From the NCBI GenBank assembly GCA_002269645.1, contig NIVC01001881.1, positions 62,001-126,000 on the forward strand: a stretch of 64,000 nt of DNA. The letters run 5' to 3'. The stretch is from Macrostomum lignano (lineage: Eukaryota). Shown piece after piece: positions 45,723 through 56,710 of this stretch. A model generated the notes under the pieces. The model was not told where the DNA came from. It saw nothing but the letters and a program-made list of their open reading frames with translations, and made no database searches. Position numbers and translations under genes: made by a program. Position 1 is the first letter of the stretch, and each line of letters starts with the position of its first letter.

Positions 45723-48700
45723 GTCTGTCTGTCTATCTTTTGCCAGAGACAGGCTATCCGCAGCACACAGGGACAATACAGTATAAACACGATTCCCAAG
45801 CGCGAAAGCGCGTCCCAATAAAGCATGAACAAAAGCCGCACTGCTATTGTCGAGTTTCCCTTCGCACAGCTCCTCGCAGTCCTCGATGACGGCTCGCCAA
45901 GACGCGGTCCGTCTGAGTCCGGAGCCCTCGCACACGGAGTTCAGTCGCTGGTAGGCCATCGCCAACGGAGACGAGTGGTCTGAGAGTGATTAAAGTCGTG
46001 AATGTGAAGCTAACACAACCAATTCGTAGGCTGTGCAATATGCCGCATTGTTTGGGAATTTCTAATTTACAATATGAAATATGGGTTTTGAGATGCAAGA
46101 TACATATTGTGGATTTATGTGATTTATGAATCTGTTTATGGGATTTGTGAATCTGTTTACGGGATTTGTGAATCTGTTTATGGGACTTGTGAATCTGTTT
46201 ATGGGACTTGTGAATCTGTTTATGGGACTTGTGAATCTGTTTATGGGATTTGTGAATCTGTTTATGGGATTTGTGAATCTGTTTACGGGATTTGTGAATC
46301 TGTTTATGGGATTTGTGAATCTGTTTACGGGATTTGTGAATCTGTTTATGTGATTTGTGAATCTGTTTATGTGATTTGTGAATCTGTTTACGGGATTTGT
46401 GAATCTGTTTATGGGACTTGTGAATCTGTTTATGGGATTTGTGAATCTGTTTATGGGATTTGTGAATCTGTTTATGTGATTTATGAATCTGTTTATGGGA
46501 TTTGTGAATCTGTTTATGGGACTTGTGAATCTGTTTATGGGATTGGTGATTTTGAATGGGATTTAGGGATTCAATATTCGGCTTTAAATTGGGCATCTCA
46601 AAGCATATGATTGGATTATCAAAGTCATCAAATCAAAGTCAATCATTAAATCAATAAATAGAACCGCGAGATACATAGCGGCGCTAAAAAATTTTTTGTT
46701 TTAAATTTACTAGCATTGTCGTCTGGCGAGTGCCCGACTTTGGCAAGCATTTGGCCAAGATTTGGCATCTGCAGCGATGCGAGACCGGAGCTTCTGAGCT
46801 TGGCCTGCCTGCGGCCTGCGACGAACAGAACTCATCCTTGAATCTCTCGGGCTTACGAAGAATTTTCTATGGGAAGAAACTTACTGAAGAATTTCCTATT
46901 TGGTATTTTCAGCCTAATCAAATTCTCCATGAGAATCGTAGCCTCAACCAAAGAAGTCTATCCCCATCCAAGGAATTCCCCATGAGAAGTCTATCCCAAC
47001 CAAGGAATTCCCCATGAGAAGTCTATCCCCAACCAAGGAATTCCCCATGAGAAGTCTATCCCCAACCAAGGAATTCCCCATGAGAAGTCTATCCCCAACC
47101 AAGGAATTCCCCATGAGAAGTCTATCCCCAACCAAGGAATTCCCCATGAGAAGTCTATCCCCATCCAAGGAATTCCCCATGAGAAGTCTATCCCCAGCCA
47201 AGGAATTCCCCATGAGAAGTCTATCCCCATCCAAGGAATTCCCCATGAGAAGTCTATCCCCATCCAAGGAATCCCCCATGAGAAGTCTATCCCCATCCAA
47301 GGAATTCCCCATGAGAAGTCTAGACTCAGACTCACCAACGCTGTGCTGTCTGTCCTCGTCAAACGATGAAGTTGCCGCGGCGGCAGCGGCAGCGGCGGCA
47401 TGGATGGCGAACGAATCGAGGCCGAAGCCGGCGTCCGTGACGTCCAGATCTTCGCCGAGCTCCTCCGACACGGCGCTACTCAAAACTAGCGACTTGCGTC
47501 GACGAGAAGCTGCGGCGGCGGCGGCAGCAGAAGCAGCTGCTGAACTCGGCGGTTGACGTCGAGAACGAGTGCGCACCGTGCACTGGTCCTCAGGCGATGA
47601 CTCGCTGCTGCCGAAAGTCCTCGAGTGGACGGAGGCTGTCGAACCGAGGCGGCAGCGGCCGCGGCTGAACAGGGCCGACTCGTTTGCCGCTGTGGCCCTG
47701 GCCTTGGCCAGCAGCCCGTCTGAGCAGGAGAGAGGGGGATCCTCAGTTGCTGGGCCAGCCTCCCAAATCCCCAGTTGCTGGGCCAGCCTCCCAAATCCCC
47801 AGTTGCTGGGCCAGCATCCCAAATCCCCAGTTGCTGGGCCAGCCTCCCAAATCCCCAGTTGCTGGGCCAGCCTCCCAAATCCCCAGTTGCTGGGCCAGCC
47901 TCCCAGATCCCCAGTTGCTGGGCCAGCCTCCCAAATCCCCAGTTGCTGGGCCAGCCTCCCAGATCCCCAGTTGCTGGGCCAGCCTCCCAAATCCCCAGTT
48001 GCTGGGCCAGCCTCCCAAATCCCCAGTTGCTGGGCCAGCCTCCCAGATCCCCAGTTGCTGGGCCAGCCTCCCAAATCCCCAGTTGCTGGGCCAGCCTCCC
48101 AAATCCCCAGTTGCTGGGCCAGCCTCCCAAATCCCCAGTTGCTGGGCCAGCCTCCCAGATCCCCAGTTGCTGGGCCAGCCTCCCAGATCCCCAGTTGCTG
48201 GGCCAGCCTCCCAGATCCCCAGTTGCTGGGCCAGCCTCCCAAATCCCCAGTTGCTGGGCCAGCCTCCCAAATTCCCAGTTGCTGGGCCAGCCTCCCAGAT
48301 CCCCAGTTGCTGGGCCAGCCTCCCAGATCCCCAGTTGCTGGGCCAGCCTCCCAGATCCCCAGTTGCTAGGCCACCCTCCCAGATGTTTCATAGAGGTCCG
48401 CAGTCCCAACACGCACCGCTCTGGCTGGAGTTCAAAAATGACATCTGAGTAACGCAGCTGGTGTCCACAAAGTCAGCCAGATTGCCGAGAGTGACTCTGA
48501 AATGAGATTCACGAGTTTGCTTATAAATTAAACTATGATATTTGGTTCCCTAAAAGGACTTTAAAGCTTCTATGAAATATCTCTAAAACCGTATTTTGAA
48601 TCTCATACATCGAAACGTTGACTCACACCAGACCACGTAAGACCCATACCCTAAAAAATGCATACCATACCCTACAAGTATGATCCCATACCTTAGAAGT

Positions 48701-51700
48701 GAGATCCCATACCTTAGAAGTGAGATCCCATACCCTAAAAATAAGATACCATACCCTACAAGTAAAATTCCATAACCTAAAAATAAGATACCATACCCTA
48801 CAAGTAAAATTCCATAACCTAAAAATTAGATCCCATACCCTACAAATTAGATCCCATACCCTACAAATTAGATCCCATACCCTACAAATTAGATCCCATA
48901 CCCTACAAATTAGATCCCATACCCTACAAATTAGATCCCATACCCTACAAATTAGATCCCATACCCTATAAATTAGATCCCATACCCTACAAATTAGATC
49001 CCATACCCTACAAGTAAGATCCTCTACTCTATAAGTAAGATTCCATACTCTAAATTAGGAATTCAAGCCATATATATAAGATCCCATACTCTATGAGAAA
49101 GATCACACACTTTATGTAAATCTATATAGCTCGTAACAGTCTATAGAGCATCCGCAATGCCTTTAAAAAATCTACATCCCTCAGCCCAGTAGTTCAGTGC
49201 CCTTCTTTTCACCTGGTGCCGTTAATATAACCGCTCTGCAGTTTCCTGATGGTGGTCAGCAGAGCAGTCTGCGATGCCTCAGCAGTGTCCGGATTGAAAT
49301 ACCAGTGATAAACCGGAATGACGAACAGCGGGCGGCCAACGGCTGACCAGGTGCTCTTCAGGTAGGCCACATCGGTGCGAAACAGATCCAATAGGAAATT
49401 AACGTCCAGACTTAAATAGAATGAGTGGTGATCCAGGAACTGCGGCGTGAAGACCACCGTTCGAGAGCCGACATTGTACAAACGGCTGGTGGCCAGGATG
49501 CCGACATCGCTGATTGGACGGCCGCTCAGGCCCAGCGTCGGACACCGGCCGAGATGGCGGTAGAAATGACCGAGCACTTTGGCCGGAAAAACTCGGATTC
49601 TGGTGGCCGAGTGGACTTCGCTGAAGTCTTGCACCTAGGCGGGTTCGAAGGGGATTCAAGTCTCCGACTGGTGCGGCTTGCTAAGTTTTTCAGTTGCTGG
49701 GCCAACCGCCCAGATCCTCAGTTGCTGGGCCAACCGCCCAGATCCTCAGTTGCTGGGCCAGCCTCCCAGATCCCCAGTTGCTGGGCCAGCCTCCCAGATC
49801 CCCAGTTGCTGGGCCAGCCTCCCAGATCCCCAGTTGCTGGGCCAGCCTCCCAGATCCCCAGTTGCTGGGCCAACTGCCCAGATCCCCAGTTGCTGGGCCA
49901 GCCTCCCAGACACTCAGTTGCTGGGCCAGCATCCCAGATCCTCAGTTGCTGGGCCAGCCTCCCAGACACTCAGTTGCTGGGCCAGCATCCCAGATCCTCA
50001 GTTGCTGGCCAGCCTCCCAGATCCTCAGCTGCTGGGCCACCCACCACCCCCTGATCTAACACTGACAGGCATATTGGCCCACAATCACCTGCTTCAGCCC
50101 AAATCTTGACTGCAGAGTTTTCCTTATCTTGGCATCCTCGGCGATAACAACCACCTGCACCACCAAGTCGGGCTTCGGCTCCAGAGCCAGACGCCTGCCG
50201 ATGGGATCCAGCTCTTGGGGACGCAGAAACCCGTCCCTTAGTAGGCAGCACAGTGCATAGACTGACTGAGTCCACAGGTGGGGCAGCGGCCCCACTGCCT
50301 GGCGGTCCTGGCTGCCTGGGTGAGAGCGTTCACTTGCTACCTGCAGATAGTATGGGATTGAAAGGAGCGATGGAGTGCCTATGGTGGATATGATTGGGAA
50401 CTCACCTGGGATCTGGGATAAATGATGAGGAGGAACTTACCTGGGTATTTGGGATATAGGATAAGGAACTCACCTGGGGATTTGGGATATACATGATGAG
50501 GAACTCACCTGGGGATTTGGGATATACATGAGGAACTCACCTGGGGATTTGGGATATGGTAAGGAACTCAACTGGGGATTTGGGATATAGTGAGGAACTC
50601 ACCTGGGGATTTGGGATATACATGATGAGAAACTCACCTGGGGATTTGGGATATGGTGAGGAACTCACCTAGGGGATTTAGGATATGATGAGGAACTCAC
50701 CTGGGGATTTGGGATATACATGATGAGGAACTCACCTGGGGATTTGGGATATACATGATGAGGAACTCACCTGGGGATTTGGGATATGGTGAGGAACTCA
50801 CCTAGGGGATTTGGGATATAGTGAGGAACTCACCTAGGGGATTTGGGATATGATGAGGAGAAATCACCTGGGGAGTTGGGATACATGATGATGAGGAACT
50901 CACCTAGGGATTTGGGATATACAATACATAATGAGAAACTCACGTGGGGATTTGGGATATATGATTATGACATGTACTCACATGGGGATTTGAAGTGACT
51001 AAATAGCTGCAGAGAAATATGACTTAGATAATTAAAATAAATTAACTAATTTATTAACCAACCTTATCGCCCGGGACAGCAAAAGACTCTGGCAGCAGAG
51101 GAAACCCGGTCTCCGACTTGACAGTCAGGCTGTCCAGCAGCCGGGCATACTTATCAGCTTTAGCTTCATCCTCAGCGAACAGCGCCTCGAGTAGCAGGTA
51201 GCAAAAGAACAGAGGCCATTCGCATTCGATGTTTTCGAATTGCTTCAATTCCCAAGGCTCGTAATAAAGCCGGGAGGAGTCCTCTACCGCTGTGCGGTAG
51301 CCGTCGCGAAGGAAGCGGCAGCAGCCGTACCTGGTAGGTGGAGTGATGGGGAGAGCGGGTAGAGTGATGGGGAGAGCGGGTAGAGTGATGGCGAGAGCGG
51401 GTAGAGTGATGGGGAGAGCGGGTAGAGTGATGGGAAGAGCGGGTAGAGTGATGGGAAGAGCGGGTAGAGTGATGGAGAGAAGATGGGGCAGGAGAGAGGG
51501 GGAGAAGAGCGGGCAGGAGAGAGGGGGAGAAGAGCGGGCAGGAGAGAGGGGGAGAAGAGCGGGCAGGAGAGAGGGGGAGAAGAGCGGGCAGGAGAGAGGA
51601 GAAGAGCGGGCAGGAGAGAGGGGGAGAAGAGCGGGCAGGAGAGAGGGGGAGAAGAGCGGGCAGGAGAGAGGGGGAGAAGAGCGGGCAGGAGAGAGGGGGA

Positions 51701-54700
51701 GAAGAGCGGGCAGGAGAGAGGGGGAGAAGAGCGGGCAGGAGAGAGGGGGAGAAAAGCGGGCAGGAGAGAGGGGGAGAAGAGCGGGCAGGAGAGAGGGGGA
51801 GAAGAGCGGGCAGGAGAGAGGGGGAGAAGAGCGGGCAGGAGAGAGGGGGAGAAGAGCGGGCAGGAGAGAGGGGGAAAAGAGCGGGCAGGAGAGAGGGGGA
51901 GAAGAGCGGGCAGGAGAGAGGGGGAGAAGAGCGGGCAGGAGAGAGGGGGAGAAAAGCGGGCAGGAGAGAGGGGGAGAAGAGCGGGCAGGAGAGAGGGGAG
52001 AAGAGCGGGCAGGAGAGAGGGGAGAAGAGCAGGCAGGCACACAGCTGCCAGACCCACCTGCCCTCCAGCATGCCAACAATGCAGTTTCTAGTATTGCCAA
52101 TGACCTCCTCATTGTCCAAGGCAAAGGCAGGGAAGCCGATGACGGACAGCAATCCAGCGTCAGTCTCCTTGGAGCAGCTCTCCCTGGGCAGCATATTCTC
52201 CAATACGGCAGCGCAGTTCTGCGAGTCGTCAGCCAACACGTGTACGCTGGATTGGTTGCTGCCGCAACTGCCAAACAGGTCGAGTTCAGACATGGCCTCT
52301 AGCGCAGCCTTAGCCATGCCTATTGAAGTGGAGTTAAGCTCGGGCAAACCGTGGTTAGTCTTGTCGCCACGTTCCCAGATGCCGTAGTCGCAGACTGTGT
52401 AAGCTGAATCGATGTAAAACACAAGATTTTGTACGAATGCCACCTCTTCGGCTGTGTAGATGAGGACAAGGCCCGATGCGGTCATCTGAGCCAGTGCCAG
52501 TAGGAACAGGGCGACTGCGTCCAGCTGCAGATGACCGTAGCTGTTATCGCCTGCTACTGGGCCCAGATTTGTAGCGGAGAATTTGCAGTGCAGAGCGTCG
52601 CTTGGCTGCCGGGTCTGTTTGAACTTTTCCAGTCTGGAATTGTTTGACATCAACTAATAGGTAAATAATAACAGACTTCACACGGAACTTGAGGATGCCA
52701 TGCCACACGGAAACTAAAAAGACCACATCGAAATGTAAAGACACCACACCGAAATCTACAAATACCACACCGAAATCTATAAATACCACACCGAAATCTA
52801 TAAATACCACACCGAAATCTGTAAATAATATACACCGAAATCTACAAATACCACACCGAAATATACAAATACCACACCGAAATCTACAAATACCACACCG
52901 AAATCTACAAATACCACACCGAAATCTACAAATACCACACCGAAATCTATAAATACCACACCGAAATCTACAAATACCACACCGAAATCTATAAATACCA
53001 CACCGAAATCTATAAATACCACACCGAAATCTACAAATACCACACCGAAATCTACAAATACCACACCGAAATCTACAAATACCACACCGAAATCTACAAA
53101 TACCACACCGAAATCTACAAAAACTATACACCGAAATCTACAAATACCACACCGAAATCTATAAATACCACACCGAAATCTATAAATACCACACCGAAAT
53201 CTATAAATACCACACCGAAATCTATAAATACCACACCGAAATCTATAAATACCACACCGAAATCTATAAATACGACACCGAAATCTATAAATACCACACC
53301 GAAATCTACAAAAACTATACACCGAAATTTACAAATACCACACCGAAATCTACAAATACCACACCGAAATTTACAAATACCACACCGAAATCTACAAATA
53401 CCACACCGAAATCTATAAATACCACACCGAAATATACAAAAACTATACACCGAAATCTACAAAAACCACACCGAAATCTACAAATACCACACCGAAATTT
53501 AGAAACACCACACTGAAATTCGCACACACGAATGCAATATCGAATTCTAGTAAAACGACACACAAAAGTGAAGATGCAATTGCCAGACCAAGCAATAAGC
53601 CGCATTCCTCCATCGAGTTCCCAAACGCTCACTTATCTGATTGGCGCATCATGCAAGCTAGCAAGCTCCTCATACACTTGACAGTTCGGCCTTCAATGTC
53701 CTGCAGTCTGGCGCGATCCTGATCAGAATCTGCCACCTTTTTATAAGCAAGAGCCACAGCCCAGCTGCAGAATGCTGCATAGACATTGTCGCGTATATAG
53801 GCATGGTCACTGCCTGTAGTTGATGGCACTAGGCCAGTGAGAGGGTTCTGATTGTGCAGCACCGTGCTCAGCACTAGCTGGTAGTGATACTCCAGCTTCC
53901 TTTGCTGGCTTTGTTCCAGAAAATATCAGTTGGTAACTAGTGAGTTATTTTGGTGCTAAGCTAATATAGTAGTCATACAATAAGCTTTTTAATGCTACTA
54001 TTATTATTAATATTAGTAATATTGTTATTATGTTTAGTAGCTATTTTATTATTAAATTATTTGAATGCTATAGGTTATAATTGTTTAAATTTTTAACCAA
54101 ATAAACTATTCTAGACACAAGCCCAACAAAGAAAAACTTTTTAGTTATAATATAATGATTGGTTTTATCTTAAGGTTTAATTGTATATATGGGACATATA
54201 TACAATTATAGTATATATGGGACAAAATTGGCTGTACTAAGCTACAACATAAATAAAAATTTAAGTTAAAAAATTTATAGCCCATATTTTTGTTTGGCCC
54301 ACTTATTAATTAAGCTTAAATGCATAATTTATGACAAGTAAAACAAATTAGGAATGTTTTTTATTATTCATTAAACAAATTTGTTAGTTTTTTAGAGTTA
54401 ACTGTTTTGATAGAAATATTAAATCAAAATAAGAAAGTCAATATTTAGAGCAAGTAAGTCGAGTAAAGAAATGTAAAATTTTGTTGCTTTTTCTAAATTA
54501 ATTTAAATTTTATATATTCAGAACACAAATAGTCTATGGGCGTTTTGGTGCTTTTGATAAGCAAAGAAAATATTTAAGGCAGTTATTTTTTAACTATTTT
54601 TTTACTAATTTTGTCTTGTGTGTCTTTCTTGATTTGTGATGGCAGCTTATTGGTTATTTGAAGTGTCAATAAATTTAGATGAATGAATCGAAATTAAGAT

Positions 54701-55033
54701 ATCAATCAGCAGCAATGATAAAACGCAATTTCTTATAAAAATACATTAGTTACTACAGTATAAATACTATTCAGGTTTTGCACCCTGTGACCCTGTCGAT
54801 TGACCGCCGCGAATTTATCACACACACTACTCAAAAGCCATGCTGCAAGAGCTGTTTCATAGAAACGCGGAAACTGCATGACGTGAAGTCCGCACATGGA
54901 CAATCATTTAATCAAAGCACTTTTTTTGGTTCCAATGCCGTATTCCGTGTCTTGTTGCGCATACAGTAACACTAACAGTCAAAATAATAATAAATTATGA
55001 TTACTTGACTTCGCCATAGAGTTCCGGTTGCAT
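39408..55033 (-). CDS. PHKA: Phosphorylase b kinase regulatory subunit alpha (~1336 aa, 18 coding exons)
   Basis: Phase-consistent exons: 55033-55005, 53908-53633, 52633-52058, 51330-51063, 50340-50089, 49634-49213, 48496-48417, 47719-47336, 46815-46711, 45979-45842, 45506-45260, 44090-43898, 43541-43286, 42583-42485, 42334-42309, 40889-40626, 40541-40422, 39683-39408 (sum 4011 nt). Motifs [75 protein letters not shown] and CaaX CPVQ* match the alpha subunit. Exons 1, 9, 15 and the exon 16 acceptor are the least certain. Confidence 0.93.
39722..40405. repeat. 28-bp minisatellite (CCCCAGTTGCTGGGCCAGCCTCCCAGAT) in PHKA intron 17
   Basis: About 24 units. Confidence 0.95.
40905..42176. repeat. 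6-bp microsatellite (TGTGTC and variants) in PHKA intron 15
   Basis: Source of the TQ/HR/DT/CV ORFs. Confidence 0.95.
42650..43075. repeat. 40-bp minisatellite (CATGCATTCCGGGTCATTGAGTCTCTAAATAGTCATAGGT) in PHKA intron 13
   Basis: About 10 units. Confidence 0.93.
43670..43840. repeat. 8-bp repeat (CCCGAAAT) in PHKA intron 12
   Basis: Degenerate tandem units. Confidence 0.8.
44120..45235. repeat. CT-rich repeat (CTCTCACTGTCTCC-like) in PHKA intron 11
   Basis: Tandem low-complexity units. Confidence 0.93.
45660..45735. repeat. (TCTG)n microsatellite in PHKA intron 10
   Basis: About 18 units. Confidence 0.95.
46108..46545. repeat. 21-bp minisatellite (GGGATTTGTGAATCTGTTTAT) in PHKA intron 9
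   Basis: About 20 units. Confidence 0.95.
46950..47322. repeat. 33-bp minisatellite (CCAAGGAATTCCCCATGAGAAGTCTATCCCCAA) in PHKA intron 8
   Basis: About 11 units. Confidence 0.95.
47740..48385. repeat. 28-bp minisatellite (same family as 39722) in PHKA intron 7
   Basis: About 22 units. Confidence 0.95.
48645..49100. repeat. 21-bp minisatellite (TCCCATACCCTACAAATTAGA) in PHKA intron 6
   Basis: About 20 units. Confidence 0.93.
49690..50040. repeat. 28-bp minisatellite (same family as 39722) in PHKA intron 5
   Basis: About 12 units. Confidence 0.95.
50396..50990. repeat. ~30-35-bp minisatellite (GAGGAACTCACCTGGGGATTTGGGATAT...) in PHKA intron 4; each unit reads YAG|GTGAGT on the gene strand
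   Basis: About 18 units; see findings. Confidence 0.93.
51342..52030. repeat. Compound 21-bp (GATGGGGAGAGCGGGTAGAGT) plus 25-bp (GGCAGGAGAGAGGGGGAGAAGAGCG) minisatellite in PHKA intron 3
   Basis: 21-mer at 51342-51480, 25-mer at 51485-52030. Confidence 0.93.
52742..53515. repeat. 21-bp minisatellite (ACCACACCGAAATCTACAAAT) in PHKA intron 2
   Basis: About 36 units. Confidence 0.95.
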
Positions 55034-56051
55034 TTTTGTCGCAATCATTGTTCGAAAATTGCTCAAGATTTCAATGCTTTATAATATTTATTAAAAATTA
55101 AAAAACTACCCTCTTCGCTGAAGCGCTGGTGAATTTTGTACAACTATGGGTGTATTCTATCAAATAAATAAAGATACATTTGAAAACAGCAGAGTTATCT
55201 AGCAGAATAGTACGTGAACGTAGCTATAGGTTGTCATGCAATTGCTAATTAACATGCAGTAGCTAGCCTAGCTAACCGTAACACGGAAGGTTTAAAGCAC
55301 TCTGGGTTAGTGAAAAGAAGATTGTAAAGGATTTCATCGTAATTTTCAACACTTATTTTAAGTAGGGAGGACTGTCGAGGCAGACGATCGAGCCAATGAT
55401 AGGCATAACTGCTAGCTCGTATGCAGACATCTCCATACGTACACACAAAACTTAAGTATAGACGACGGGGCTGCTATAGATAAAGTCTCCAGCTATTTTA
55501 AAAAATTCTGTTAGGATGCTTTAGAATTATATTTAATCAATCAATGATCGCCAACATTACTGTAATTAAATCCCGTGGTATATAATCGAATATTAAAAAT
55601 TCTGACGTAGAGAACGTATACTGTTACCATGTTATCGACGACGTACTGGTCAACCCCACCTGCTTTCTATTGTTAGAAAGCATGCATTCAATGCGTATGG
55701 CAGCTTTTTATGATCCCCCACCCTAAAACAAGCGTATCTCCCCAAGCCTTTTCCAGCGGTTGTTATACATGTACAATACATCATCGATTTTCTCCTCAGC
55801 GCCCCACCCCAACAATTTCTGGTCCAATCACTGCGCTGCTGGCGGGTGACAACATTTTGGTTGCTTGGTACGACCTAACGGAAGTCAAGGTCGTAAAAAG
55901 GGCGTACACTGTAAATGTAAATTGCGAGTAGAGAGTGCGCCTGTCGCAGGGCATATTGAATAGAAGCTGAGAGGATCAGAGTGCAAAATCACTAAGTATT
56001 GAGCCATAATACACAAAAAATTAAAACAGTAACAGTACATGTACTTCTAAG

Positions 56052-56507
56052 CAGGGGCGTAGCCAGAGGGGGGGGGCAAGGGGGGCCGTGGCCCCCCAAT
56101 CACCAACTCTGGCCTTGGCGCCCCCCCCCCCTAAAAGAAACTGGCGCCCCCTCCCCCTATAAGAAACTGGCGCCCCCCCCCTAAAAGAAACTGCCCCCCC
56201 CTATAAGAAACTGGCGCCCTCCCTAAAAGAAACTGACGCCCCCCCCCTATAAGAAACTGGCGCCTCCTCCCTAAAAGAAACTGGCGCCCACCCCCCCCCC
56301 CTAAAAGAAACTGCCCCCCCCTATAAGAAACTGGCGCCCTCCCTAAAAGAAACTGACGCCCCCCCCTATAAGAAACTGGCGCCTCCTCCCTAAAAGAAAC
56401 TGGCGCCCCCCCCTAAAAGAAACTGGCGCCCCCCCCCCCCCTATAAGAAGCTGGCGCCCCCTAACTCACGGCCCCCCCCCCAATCAAAATTCCTGGCTAC
56501 GCCCCTG
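56052..56507. mobile_element. Non-autonomous hAT-type DNA transposon (MITE) with an internal C-rich minisatellite
   Basis: Perfect 15-bp TIRs CAGGGGCGTAGCCAG (56052-56066) / CTGGCTACGCCCCTG (56493-56507); 8-bp TSD CTTCTAAG at 56044-56051 and 56508-56515; internal AAGAAACTGGCGCCCCCCC(T) units. Confidence 0.9.
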
Positions 56508-56710
56508 CTTCTAAGTAAGTCCCTGTAAGATGCGCTCCATGAGAGAGCTCTGGGACCTGCACTTCCCCATCCCTTGCTGCTTCGAACCCATGCATCTAGG
56601 GAGGAAAGAAATTAGAGTGTGTTATCTACTAGTTATATACGTACACCCTTGAATTCATGGGGCTTGGGAGGGAATCGTAGTCTAGAATCGCTCACCAGCT
56701 AAAAGATCCC

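Noticed and set aside
39684-50088. Introner-type intron-generating elements for the three 28-mer introns
   Set aside because: Sequences next to the donors and acceptors are not shared and no TIR/TSD is visible; only the internal satellite is common.
54178-54208. 14-bp perfect inverted repeat (TAATTGTATATATG-GGA-CATATATACAATTA) in PHKA intron 1
   Set aside because: AT-rich, short and isolated; plausible by chance or as a decayed TE end, with no support for an RNA structure.
39408-55033. Assignment as phosphorylase kinase beta (PHKB)
   Set aside because: [28 protein letters not shown] and the C-x-x-Q CaaX are alpha-type features.
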